A stretch of 63,838 bases of DNA, the filler included, from Hyphochytrium catenoides (Eukaryota; Protista; Hyphochytriomycota): NCBI GenBank assembly GCA_900088475.1. It is 6 parts of 6 records of this genome, joined end to end, with 100 filler letters (N's around TTAATTAATTAA, not from the genome) between each part and the next. Parts side by side here need not be neighbours in the genome. Positions count along the whole stretch, not along the records: positions 30,839 to 40,740 come from FLMG01002724.1; positions 40,841 to 53,074 come from FLMG01002812.1; 4 more parts are not named here. One strand, given 5' to 3'. The notes below the pieces were generated by a model, which saw nothing but the letters and a program-made list of their open reading frames with translations, did not search any database and was not told where the DNA came from. Positions 38,593 to 48,790 of this stretch are shown piece after piece (the first letter of the stretch is position 1; each line of letters begins with the position of its first letter). The position numbers were made by a program, and so were the translations under genes.

Positions 38593-38635
<43 letters not shown>

Positions 38636-39178
38636 GCAGACAAAGGCATTGGGAGCCAGTGGACGATCTGAAGGCCGCTGGTAGCTTCAAACGGGAAAGA
38701 GAGGAGGGAACAACGCAAGGGACAGAAAGGGTTGATAGTGAGTAGGTGCAAGGCACTAAAGCGCGAAGAGATACTATTAGGACAGCGATAAGGGCCAGAA
38801 AATAGCAAATGGTGATGGCAAACGAGGAAGAGAGAGAGAGAGAGAGACGGAGAAAGATTATTATGAGTACATAGATGGACAGGTAGAAAGAGATTGATAA
38901 AGAGAGAGAGAGAGAGCTCTGAAGCAGAGTTCTTACCGGGGAACAAATCGTTAGTCACCTCTTCGCCGCTCTCAAGGTCTCGCAGTGGCCACAGCAGAGA
39001 AAACGAGATGCCTTGAGGGACGTAAAGGAACGGGACAAGGGCCACTGAAGGAGAGAGAGACGGACGGATGGCGGATCCAAACTCATCCAGAATGTACCTA
39101 ACGCAGTGGGGGTGGGGATTAAGAGAGAGAGAGAGAGAGAGAGAGANNNNNNNNNNNNNNNNNNNNNNNNNNNNNNNN

Positions 39179-39226
<48 letters not shown>

Positions 39227-39254
39227 GAGAGACAGAGAGACAGACACAGACACG

Positions 39255-39285
<31 letters not shown>

Positions 39286-39991
39286 TGAGAAAGAGAGAGA
39301 GAGAGAAAGAAGACAAGGGAGGAGCAAGGGTCATCTAGGTTGAGGGAAATGAAGGGTCAACCGAGGCTGCCCATGAGGGGCTGTCACCATCAGAGAGAGG
39401 AGCTCCACAGAAGGAAAGAGCAGGGAGAACAGCCAATAACAGATAAAAGAAGCTTATTGTGTGCTTCTTCTTGTGTGTGAGAGATGTGAGAGCGACACAA
39501 GTGAATTAAGGGGAGGAAATCTGGAAGGTGAAAGGCAGAAAGGGGAAGAGAGAAAGAGCCTGACACTGAGGGGGATAGATAGATCGATTGAGAAATCTAG
39601 AGAGAGAGAGAGGGAGATAGAGAGAGAAAAGGCACAAGGCAACATGCAATAGAGCATCTAGAACTGAAATCCGCTTCGTCTGGCAGTGAGTACGTACCAG
39701 ATGGGTTTAGAGTCTTCAGGAGGCCGGTTTGCGAGCTTGTAAGTCTGAGCGTACTTCCATATCCTCTCAGAGACGAGAGAGATAGTTCTCTCTCTCTCTT
39801 CGCTTGTCTTCCCCTCTTCGGCTAATGTAAAAGGAAGATCCATCAGTGACGCCATCCGCTGCAGGAGCCCTGGACAAGAGCATAAGCGAAAGTAGAATTG
39901 TTAGTCCAGATGGGAAGAGAGAAGCGCGTGAAAGAGACAAAGGACGATAAATGAGGATGGCAGAGCAAGCGACGCATCGGCGTCAGCACAG

Positions 39992-40034
<43 letters not shown>

Positions 40035-40275
40035 CGGAAACACATGAGGAGGCCTGAGAAAGAAATAGGTCGTCTGCATGAAGGGAACAACAAGAAAGAG
40101 AGGAAAGTTGACGTACAGGGAGGGACGGTGGGAAAGAGACAGAGAAAAGAGAGAGGGAGACCACAGACCGGGGGAGAGGAAGAGAGAGACAGAGAGAGAG
40201 GGCAAAAAAAAAGAGAAAGAGAGATATGAGAGAGAGAGGGGGGGGAGAGAGAGAGAGGGGACAGAGAGAGAGATG

Positions 40276-40315
<40 letters not shown>

Positions 40316-40646
40316 CTGACAGACAGAGAGGGTCACGGGGCGGCGAAGAGTCGAGAGAGACTTGTCGAAGAGAAAGACTTCCATACCGAGATTGCCGCGG
40401 AGGGTGTTCCTGACGCTGTCAGCAGTGAATGTCCAGGCGTGGTCCACCAGGAAGACTGCTTTGTCATCCTTCGCGCTGAGCCCATCCTCATGGCCCACGA
40501 AGACGCGGAGAGAACTCTCTTTGTGTGTCTCTTCCTCTCTTTCTTCTTCCTTTTCTCTCCCCTCTGAAGCTTCCTCTTCTTCTGCTTCCTCTTCTCCTTC
40601 TACTCTAGCGATCATAAAGAACTCTCCTGCATCGAATATTTCCTCT
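35333..40646 (-). CDS. TTLL12: Tubulin-tyrosine ligase-like protein 12 (5' end lost at the contig break), at least 12 exons
   Basis: Spliced translation contains EIFDAGEFF, VFLVDHAWTF, WYILDEFGSAI, SLLWPLRDLESGEEVT, VNQFPNEMILTCKDLLA, NHWICKPWNMARSLD, KFDLR, FQKHFTVMNY, RALYGVDVMF and ILECNYGPDC. Introns are GT-AG and it stops at TAA 35333. Confidence 0.93.
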
Positions 40647-40740
40647 CTAAGTGGTAAGGCACGGCGAAGGAGAGATGTATGGCGAAGGTCAGTACAAGCT
40701 TGGTGTGTACGTCAGAGAGAGAGAGAGAGAGAGAGAGCGA

Positions 40741-40840
40741 NNNNNNNNNNNNNNNNNNNNNNNNNNNNNNNNNNNNNNNNNNNNTTAATTAATTAANNNN
40801 NNNNNNNNNNNNNNNNNNNNNNNNNNNNNNNNNNNNNNNN
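40741..40840. other. Artificial contig spacer N44-TTAATTAATTAA-N44
   Basis: Linker at 40785-40796. Confidence 0.95.
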
Positions 40841-40966
40841 CCACTACGCATTCTCTTATCTCTTCTGCTCTTGCACGTCTGATCTTCGCTCACTCCTCTA
40901 GTCTCTCTCTCTCTCCCCCTTTCTATTATCGCTGATGCACTCTCTCCTCTTTCTGTCTCTCGGTAG

Positions 40967-41105
40967 GGCCTCTGCCACTCGTATCGTCATCATTTGTATA
41001 GGAATGTAAGGCACATTGACACTGACGCGCGGCTGAAGTGTCTCCTTCCTTGCACACCTCTCGCCATTGTGAAGATCCTCGAGCATCTCGAAGTCTATGA
41101 TAAAA

Positions 41106-41163
<58 letters not shown>

Positions 41164-41345
41164 GAGGTAGAAAAGAAAGAAAGAGAGAGATGAGGTAGAA
41201 AAGAAAGGTTGAAAAGAAAGACTGAGGGTATCTCTCTATGCCTAGTCAAACGCCCGCCCTTCCGCCTCTTTGCAAACCTCCCTAACCCTTCAATTATCTC
41301 GCTTTCTCGCTGCTGTCCTCCCCCTGTCTCTACCTTCTCACTCTC

Positions 41346-41381
<36 letters not shown>

Positions 41382-42500
41382 CGTGCTGCTGCTCGTCGGT
41401 TATAGTCTTCCCTATGGCAATCGGCTGAGCGGAAAGAAGATCACTGTCATCAACCGCAGCGACATCGTTGGCCGTCCTTTGGCTGCGATGCTAGCAAATG
41501 ACGGTGCAGACGTCTTCAGCGTTGATATTGACTCTCTCTTCCTCTTTAGAAGAGGAAAGCTTATCAAGGTCTGCACCTGGTTTCATCTTCTCTCTGTCTT
41601 CCTAATCTCTGGTCTTCCACTTTCTCTGATCAAGGATTGCCTCTTTGTCTCTCTGTCACATTTCCTTCTATTTCTCTCTCTCTCTCTCTCTCTCTCCGTC
41701 TCTCTCTCTCTCTTTGCTCTACTTTAAAGACTCTGTTTCTCTCCTTTGCAGCTTTCTTTAGGAGATGGTATGACGAGAGGGTTCGCCGCTTTACTCATCT
41801 CTGNNNNNNNNNNNNNNNNNNNNNNNNNNNNNNNNNNNNNNNNNNNNNNNNNNNNNNNNNNNNNNNNNNNNNNNNNNNNNNNNNNNNNNNNNNNNNNNNN
41901 NNNNNNNNNNNNNNNNNNNNNNNNNNNNNNNNNNNNNNNNNNNGTGTCCCTGTCAAAGATTATCGCCTGCCAGCCAGCTGGATCTCGCCTAACACTGTCA
42001 TTGTGAACGTCGCCTCGTTTAAGAATGTCGATCAGGAGGAGGTTTTGAAGGTACTGAGCCTTGGCAAGGGGTTCTCTCTCTCTCTCTCTCTTCCTCTTTC
42101 TGTCCTCGTGTATCTCTCTCTCTCTCGCTGTTATGCGCCTTCAAAGGAATAACTGACCTCTCTGTGGCCTCTCGTTCTCTCGTCGTTTCTGCTTCAGTTT
42201 GTGGGTCACTTCTGACACCTTGCTTCTGGTTCTCTCTCTCTCTCCGTTCAAAGACTGTCTCTTGGTCTCTCTCTTTCTTCTCTCCTTCTCCCTCTCTCTC
42301 CGTTCCGCAAGGGCTGGGATTCTTTCCATTCTATGGCTCCTCGAAGAAGGAAGAGAGTCTGATTTTGCTTTCTCTTCTCTCCTCTCTAGATTCCTGGCGT
42401 GAAGTATGTCCCTATGGTTGGCAAGGTGACTGTGTCGATGCTGGAGAGGAACTTGATCCGTCTCTACGAGAACTTTCATCACCAACAAGATAGCGCCTAA
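40967..42500 (+). CDS. MTD1: NAD-dependent methylenetetrahydrofolate dehydrogenase, yeast Mtd1-type (3' part; 5' exons and one internal part lost in gaps)
   Basis: Contains GLCHSYRHHLYRN, LLPCTPLAIVKILE, LPYGNRLSGKKITVINRSDIVGRPLAAMLANDGA, NVASFKN and YVPMVGKVTVSMLERNL. It stops at TAA 42500. Confidence 0.9.
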
Positions 42501-42550
42501 GAGAAAGACCAGATTTATGAAAGGGAGAGAGGGAGAGACGTAGGGATACG

Positions 42551-42588
<38 letters not shown>

Positions 42589-43012
42589 TCTCCGTAGTCT
42601 TTCTTTCGTTTGTGGCGCACCATATATTTAACATTGTTTTATCAACAGAACCTCATGTGAGAGTAGCGCTACCCTGCACCACCAAGTGCTTTCCTATCCT
42701 GTCATTCTCTCTCTCTCTCTCTCTCGGCCTGCAGCCTTCTCTCCAGCCCTGTCTCCTAACGCCGTCTCTCTCTCTCCTCTCTGTCTCTCTCTCACTTCCT
42801 TTCTTTGGAGGTCGTTATTCTAATCAAGGGAAGAGAGGTTCTCTGTTCCGCCTAACAATCGATCCCACGTCCCGCGTGGTCCACTCTTCTCCTCCGTCTC
42901 AAGCTAATTACTGCGAGATCTTTTGGGGTTCTCTCTTCTTCATGAGGAGAGCAATTTCCGTCTCCCTCCTTCTCCGCCCCTCCCCCTTTTTCAAATCTAG
43001 TCTCTCTCTCTT

Positions 43013-43053
<41 letters not shown>

Positions 43054-43086
43054 CTCCCGGATTGGGTTCTCTCTCTTCTCTGTCTC

Positions 43087-44122
43087 TTAAGCCCAGTGCA
43101 GCTCCATGTGAAGCGCATCTCTCCCTTCTAAGTAGTAGTCCCGTCGTCTCTCTATCACTTGGAAGCCTAGGGAAAGATACAGCGCCAAAGCGTTCTCTCT
43201 TTCTGGATCGACATGGAGAGAGACACTCGGGACGCTGCGCAGAAAGAGTAAGAATGATTGGAAGAGAAGAGAAAGACAACATGATGAAGAGAGAGAGAGA
43301 GAGATACAGAGATAGTAAGACGAGAGGCGGAGGGTGGCCTATCCCAAGAGCAGAGAAGAGCGACACCGAGGGAGAGAGACACCAAAAAGAGAGAGGGAGG
43401 GATGAAGAAGAGAGAGAGACAAAGAGAGAGAAGACAGACAGACAGAGAGAGGCTTGAGCGTACCGAGTCCTTTTTAGATTTTCAAGTGCTTTCTCCATCA
43501 ATGTTCGACCGATTCCTTTCCTTCTGTGCTCCGGAGCAACCGCTACTTTGTCTATCCAGCCAATCACCTGCAGAAAAGGAGCACAGGTGAAGGGGAAAGA
43601 AAGAAAGAGAGAGAGTGAGACAGAGAGAGGTTGTGCCGAGAGAGAGACAGCGACAGAGACACACACACAGAGAGAGAGAGAGGGGAAGAGAGAGAGAGAG
43701 AAGAGGAGCAGAGATTATGAGAAGATGAGAAAGGCGGAATGACACTACGGAGAGGGGGAGAGGAAGGGAGAGAGAGAGATGTGTAGAGAAAGAGCTAGAA
43801 GGGCGAGCGAGAAAGAAAAGGTAACTCCGCTTAGGAGAAGACAAAGAGATGGGCTAGAAAAAGGAAGGAATGAGGTCAGAGACAAGAGAAAGCTTGGTTA
43901 GATGGCAAGGCACGTCAGGAGAGAGAGTAGTAGAAATAGGAGTGTGAGTAAAAAAGAGAGAAGGAGAGAAGGAGAGAAGTCCGGGCGCTACCGAGTTCTT
44001 TCTGTAGAAAAGATATCCGAGGACTTCCGACTGCGGGCAAGGCGGGCGAGATGTAAGGGCTAACAGTAGGCCCACGCCTCTATATACAGGGGGAGAGAGA
44101 GAGAGAGAGATAAAATAAAAGA

Positions 44123-44156
<34 letters not shown>

Positions 44157-44548
44157 NNNNNNNNNNNNNNNNNNNNNNGAGAGAGAGAGAGAGAGAGAAG
44201 GTTAGGGAGAAGAAAGGGGCAGAGAAGAGAGAGAGACTAGGGAGCGGCTACCAAATTAGAAAGATAGGAACAAAACGGGAACGAAAGAGGACGATGGACA
44301 GCTGTTTAAGACGACGAACAAAGAAGAGATTGAAGGACAGAGAAAATAAAGGGAGAGAGAGAGAGAGAGAGAGAGAAAAGTGAAGAAGAGAGAGTTAACA
44401 AACGGAACGACGATAAGCCAGTCCCGGGAGACCTTTTACTTGCTTCTGCGGCGAAGGAGCTGTGCAGACTCTCATGCTTAGGAAACACCCTTCGTTTCAA
44501 GGAGCGGCCCATACCAGAAGAAGCGACAAACACCCCAGAGAGAGAGCG

Positions 44549-44583
<35 letters not shown>

Positions 44584-44957
44584 AAGAGTGTGGGAGGCAG
44601 AAAGAGAGAGATAGAGAGAGAAGAAAGAGTGTGGGAGACAGAAAGAGAGAGAGAGAGAGATAGTGTCAGATTTGAATCAGAGTGTGGGAGACAGAAAGAG
44701 AGAGAGAGAGAGATAGCGTCAGACTTGAATCAGACTTGTTGGAGAAAACACGAGAGACTAAGGAAGGCAGAGAGAGAGAGAGAAAGCGAGAGAGAAGGAC
44801 GGAGAGAAAAGAGCGTGAGATAAAGGGAATAAGTGAAAGAGTGGAGCAGAGCAGAGACAAGAAAAATAGGAGAGGCGAACAAGGGAGAGAGTGGAGAAGA
44901 GGAGAGATCGAGAATATGAAAGCAGAGAGTGGACAGAAAAGCGAGAGAGAGAGAGAG

Positions 44958-44989
<32 letters not shown>

Positions 44990-45280
44990 GAGAGAAAAAG
45001 GCAAGAAGTTCAGAATCAAAGCTGAAAGAAGACCAGGACAGTATGAAAGCCAGCAGAGAAGACACCGTGAGATAAAGAGGAAAACAGACGAGCTGTCGTC
45101 CCACTTTTTCTCTATCTTCGCGGCTTTCTCCAGCAGATCGCTGCGTAGCTGTGCAGGAAGCTCTGAGAACTCTACAATCTCAACGCATTCTGCTTCTAAA
45201 GCAAGAGGAGCAGCGAGCACAGCTGACCCTCCGACACCCTTGTGATCGGTCCCACTGACTTTTTTGCCTTTGCTTCTCAT
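43087..45280 (-). CDS. GNAT-family acetyltransferase, RimI-like, 5 exons
   Basis: Spliced translation: IEKKVFPKHESL ... VLGYLFYR ... WIDKVAVAPEHRRKGIGRTLM (acetyl-CoA motif A) ... SLHVDPERENALALYLSLGF ... RRDYYLEGRDALHM*. Confidence 0.85.
44585..44735. repeat. Intronic minisatellite with an embedded (GA)n microsatellite, ~3 copies
   Basis: AGAGTGTGGGAG(A/G)CAGAAAGAGAGAG... occurs three times. The last two copies also share ATAG(T/C)GTCAGA(T/C)TTGAATCAGA. Confidence 0.8.
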
Positions 45281-45927
45281 TCTCCTGCTGCTGCCTCCTC
45301 CTGTGGACGAGTTCAGCTTGGTGGCCTCGCTAGCCTTCAGCGTTCATGACATTGCCCCTGGTAGCAGATAACCTAGAGGCAGTAGTGCCAAGTAGTAGTC
45401 TTGCAGCTTCAAAAGTGACAGAAAAGGAAGAAACCCAAATGATGGAGAGAGTAAGAGAGAAGGGAGATAGCACTGCCACAAGCCAGGCCACACAGTACGG
45501 GAAACCTAACGAGGCCGAGCGTCGTAGAGGAGGATGGGAGAGCACGGTTTACTGCCTTTCTCTAGAAGAATATAGAGAGCGAGGCAGGCAGTTAAAGCAG
45601 ATTGCCAAGTGCCTCCATCCATCGTCTGCTAACGAAGATTTCTGACGGAGATTCTGGATGGAGATTATTGCCTGGTGCAGAGCATCAGAACCTGATAGCT
45701 TTTCCGGGTAGGTCCTGAGATTAATTTCGGTTGCAAAAGCGGATTTCGGAACCGAAGCTTACAAAATCAAATATGTTTATTTCAAACGTTATATTCGGCG
45801 GTGGTTTTCTCTAAACTTCAGTCTTTAGAGGAAGTTTCGATGTCTGTGTTCTGATTGAGTCTGATGGAAGGCCTGCAGGTTTGATCTCCGCCCTCTCCTC
45901 TTCTTGCTGAACAAGATGACGTCCTGC

Positions 45928-45984
<57 letters not shown>

Positions 45985-46432
45985 CCTCACTTATGGCAGG
46001 TCCCATTATCATGAAGCGCCTCTCGATCTCCGCTTCGAGCTCGTCACGGTCAGCCGCCATCCTCCAATGACTCCATCATACATCAGAAGAGATTGGAGGA
46101 CACACAGCAAGAGCTCCTCAGATGCAAGGACTCCTCCTCCTGCAGCTGATGGGAGAGAAGAGAGGAAGCTGAGGCAGCGATAATGCTGGCAAAGAGTCTT
46201 CCCTGGAGGATTGGAAACTTCATAATCTAAGAGCTGCTCGAGCCACAATCTTCATAATTTAAATGAATAGGTCTATTGAATGGAAAACAAGCAAGGAGTT
46301 TGCCCTGCAGTTGACACGACTGAAGGAGCCTCTTCCCTTCCGTTCACACTTAGAAGGGAAGGTAGAACGGTAAGGAAAAGAGCTCCCTCTTCTTTCTCTC
46401 TCTGCTCTCTCTCCCTCTTTGCTTGTTCCCTC

Positions 46433-48790
46433 TTAGAGGTATCTCGGCTTGGGACTGAAAAAGTCAAAAATGCTGGCCAAGAAGTCCTTCCTGGCGGGCT
46501 GCGACTCCTCCTTTCCAGCATCTGTTGGCTTTGGCGTGCCTACTTCTGGCGCTTTGGTCTCTGGTGCCTGGGTCTCTGGGACCTTAGGCTGCTTCTCTGG
46601 CTCCTTATCTGTTGCTTCGCCCACCTTGGCCGGGTTGGAACGCAACGCTGCGAGCTTGGCCTTCAGATCGATGGCGCAGTCGATACCAGAGTATTCAGAC
46701 TTGCATTTGCAGCCAGAAGGCAGACACTCGCCATTGGAAGGGCCGCTGCAGTTGTTAGGGCAAGAGTCAATCGCGCCAAAGGTGAGCTGTGCCTTCATGC
46801 CCCAGGTCTCTGCGGCTTCAGCCGCTGACCCAATGTTGGCAGCGATCTTAGAGTCCATAACGCGCCTGCACTCACGAAGATAGGCGACCTTGGCAGTCTC
46901 TACCGCTGTGAGGTCATTCAGCAGCTCTGCGTCTGCCGCGCACATCCTCTCGACATAGACTTCTCTAAAATCCTTGACAAACTTATCGCAGAAGGGAACA
47001 GTGCTGAACACGTCCTCGCAGATCTTTTGCGCTGTCTCTCTATCCAGCAGTGGGCCAGTGGCGACTTCCTCCAGCGCTCGCATTCTCCTCCCTGCTGAAG
47101 GGACCGAATAGTTCCTCACGGGCGGAGAGAGAGGCGTGAGAAGAAGCTCTTTGACCTTGAAATAACCCTTGTGAGCGAGCTGATCTGCGTCAGCAGTGAG
47201 AAAGCTAAGGTCGTTCTCGGAGAGAGAAGAGACAATGCCCTTGCAGCCGTCCATACAGGTGAAGAGACTGCCATCTACGCCGTGCAGGGCTGTCAGCTTA
47301 GCAGAGTCTGTCACATCGTCCGCCTTGTCCCCGTTCCAGTTGCCCAGAAGACCTGTGGTGCTGGCGTCTTTGAAGGAAGGAGAGAGCTGCACAGCCACGT
47401 TCAGGTGCGGATAGTTATTGAACTGCGCCCAAATGCCGCGATTGATGTCCACATAAGTTGACTGGTCACTTGCTAGGAAGACTCTGAAGCCCTCAGCCTT
47501 GCCCAATAGCTTCTCTACGGAGAGACCCTTGTTGTCCGTGGTGCCGCTAGAGTACTGAAGCTGTCCTGCATTGTCCAACATAAAGCGTGCGAGGGACTCT
47601 CCAAAGCTCACAGCTGCGCCCTGGATGCACGCTGGCGCCTTGGCCAGGCCAAGTCTTTGGATGGGTCCACACTTCTCCTGGTAGAGATGGATCTTCAGAT
47701 TCTTGGACTCCACGAGGCGGAAGAAGCCAGGCGCTTGGAAGTCATAGCTCACACCGTCCAGCGTCTTAAGATGTGGGTCTCCGCAACTCTGGCCATAGCT
47801 ATGGCCCTGCACCTTGCGCTTCAAACTCACCTTCTGGGTGCAATAGGGGACGTCTGACGACACACAGTCCGCTTGGACGAAGACGGCATTGCCCAGGACT
47901 AAGCCTTCCTTGTCGGTCAGCGGCCCAGACGTGGACCGGATTTTCACGATGTAGAACTCAGGATCTGTCAAGGCGTTGAATGTCAGCTTCTTCCTGCTCA
48001 GAATGATGCCCTCGGACGTAGCGAGGAAGATGGTCACTTGCTTCCCTTGAGGCGCCTTAGAGCCAAGAGAGATCTTCACGTCAAGCACTTGCCCGTCTAC
48101 CACGCACTGCTCCTGGTCCAAAATCTCAACATTGATCACGTTCTCTGAGCACGTGGGAGGCACTGATCCCTTGCTGATGACGGTGCGTTTGAGAGAGGAA
48201 AGCGGGGCTGACATGGGCTTGTTCCACTCTCCCGTAACTGTGCCACGGTACAGACGGAGATTGTCAACATCCAAGACGCCGGAGACGCCTCCCTTGGTCA
48301 CGACAGAGAGGTAAATACTAGCGGGCATCTCGCCTTTCGTGTCGACGAACAAAGAAACGAAAGTCCAGTCGTAAGTACCCGTCTGGACGCTCTTCATGAG
48401 GTTGTTGGTCTTGGTGCCGTTAACCCACTGAACGTCCACGGAGATGCCGGCAAAGGCAGGAAATCCAGGATCCAAATTTAGGTTAGACGCACGGAAGAAC
48501 CCGCCGATAGAGAAAGAGTTCTTGAGCACTCTCCTCTGAGCGTCCTGAAGGTCGAGAATCTGGAAGAGCCCGAACTCTCCCTTCTGCCCGTCAACAACGC
48601 TATTAATAGAGGCGAAGCGGTTCCCAGAGGAGTCCCGAGCAAGGTCAAAGCCGCGTTGATAGGCAAACCATGGCTTTGTGGACATAAACCCTGGCTCTTT
48701 AACGATGTACGTCTGACCCTCGACAGAGGAGCCAACGAGTACGGCGCTCAGCAGAGCGCCTAGGCCGAAGAGACGGCAGAGGCTAGGCAT
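46433..48790 (-). CDS. Intronless secreted protein: signal peptide, putative carbohydrate-binding beta-sandwich, von Willebrand D domain, Cys-rich region, EGF-like domain, Pro/Glu/Thr tail
   Basis: Hydrophobic N-terminus (LFGLGALLSAVLVGSSVEG), VWD motifs CGDPHLKTLDGVSYDFQ and TTGLLGNWNGDKADD, EGF motif CPNNCSGPSNGECLPSGCKCKSEYSGIDC, and APET/APEV repeats. Confidence 0.85.
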   Translation of the reverse strand: MPSLCRLFGLGALLSAVLVGSSVEGQTYIVKEPGFMSTKPWFAYQRGFDLARDSSGNRFASINSVVDGQKGEFGLFQILDLQDAQRRVLKNSFSIGGFFRASNLNLDPGFPAFAGISVDVQWVNGTKTNNLMKSVQTGTYDWTFVSLFVDTKGEMPASIYLSVVTKGGVSGVLDVDNLRLYRGTVTGEWNKPMSAPLSSLKRTVISKGSVPPTCSENVINVEILDQEQCVVDGQVLDVKISLGSKAPQGKQVTIFLATSEGIILSRKKLTFNALTDPEFYIVKIRSTSGPLTDKEGLVLGNAVFVQADCVSSDVPYCTQKVSLKRKVQGHSYGQSCGDPHLKTLDGVSYDFQAPGFFRLVESKNLKIHLYQEKCGPIQRLGLAKAPACIQGAAVSFGESLARFMLDNAGQLQYSSGTTDNKGLSVEKLLGKAEGFRVFLASDQSTYVDINRGIWAQFNNYPHLNVAVQLSPSFKDASTTGLLGNWNGDKADDVTDSAKLTALHGVDGSLFTCMDGCKGIVSSLSENDLSFLTADADQLAHKGYFKVKELLLTPLSPPVRNYSVPSAGRRMRALEEVATGPLLDRETAQKICEDVFSTVPFCDKFVKDFREVYVERMCAADAELLNDLTAVETAKVAYLRECRRVMDSKIAANIGSAAEAAETWGMKAQLTFGAIDSCPNNCSGPSNGECLPSGCKCKSEYSGIDCAIDLKAKLAALRSNPAKVGEATDKEPEKQPKVPETQAPETKAPEVGTPKPTDAGKEESQPARKDFLASIFDFFSPKPRYL

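Noticed and set aside
38476-45245. Many long ORFs rich in SLSLSL or RERERE
   Set aside because: They are translations of intronic (CT)n/(GA)n microsatellites. The real exons are short and were assigned to TTLL12, MTD1 and the GNAT gene.
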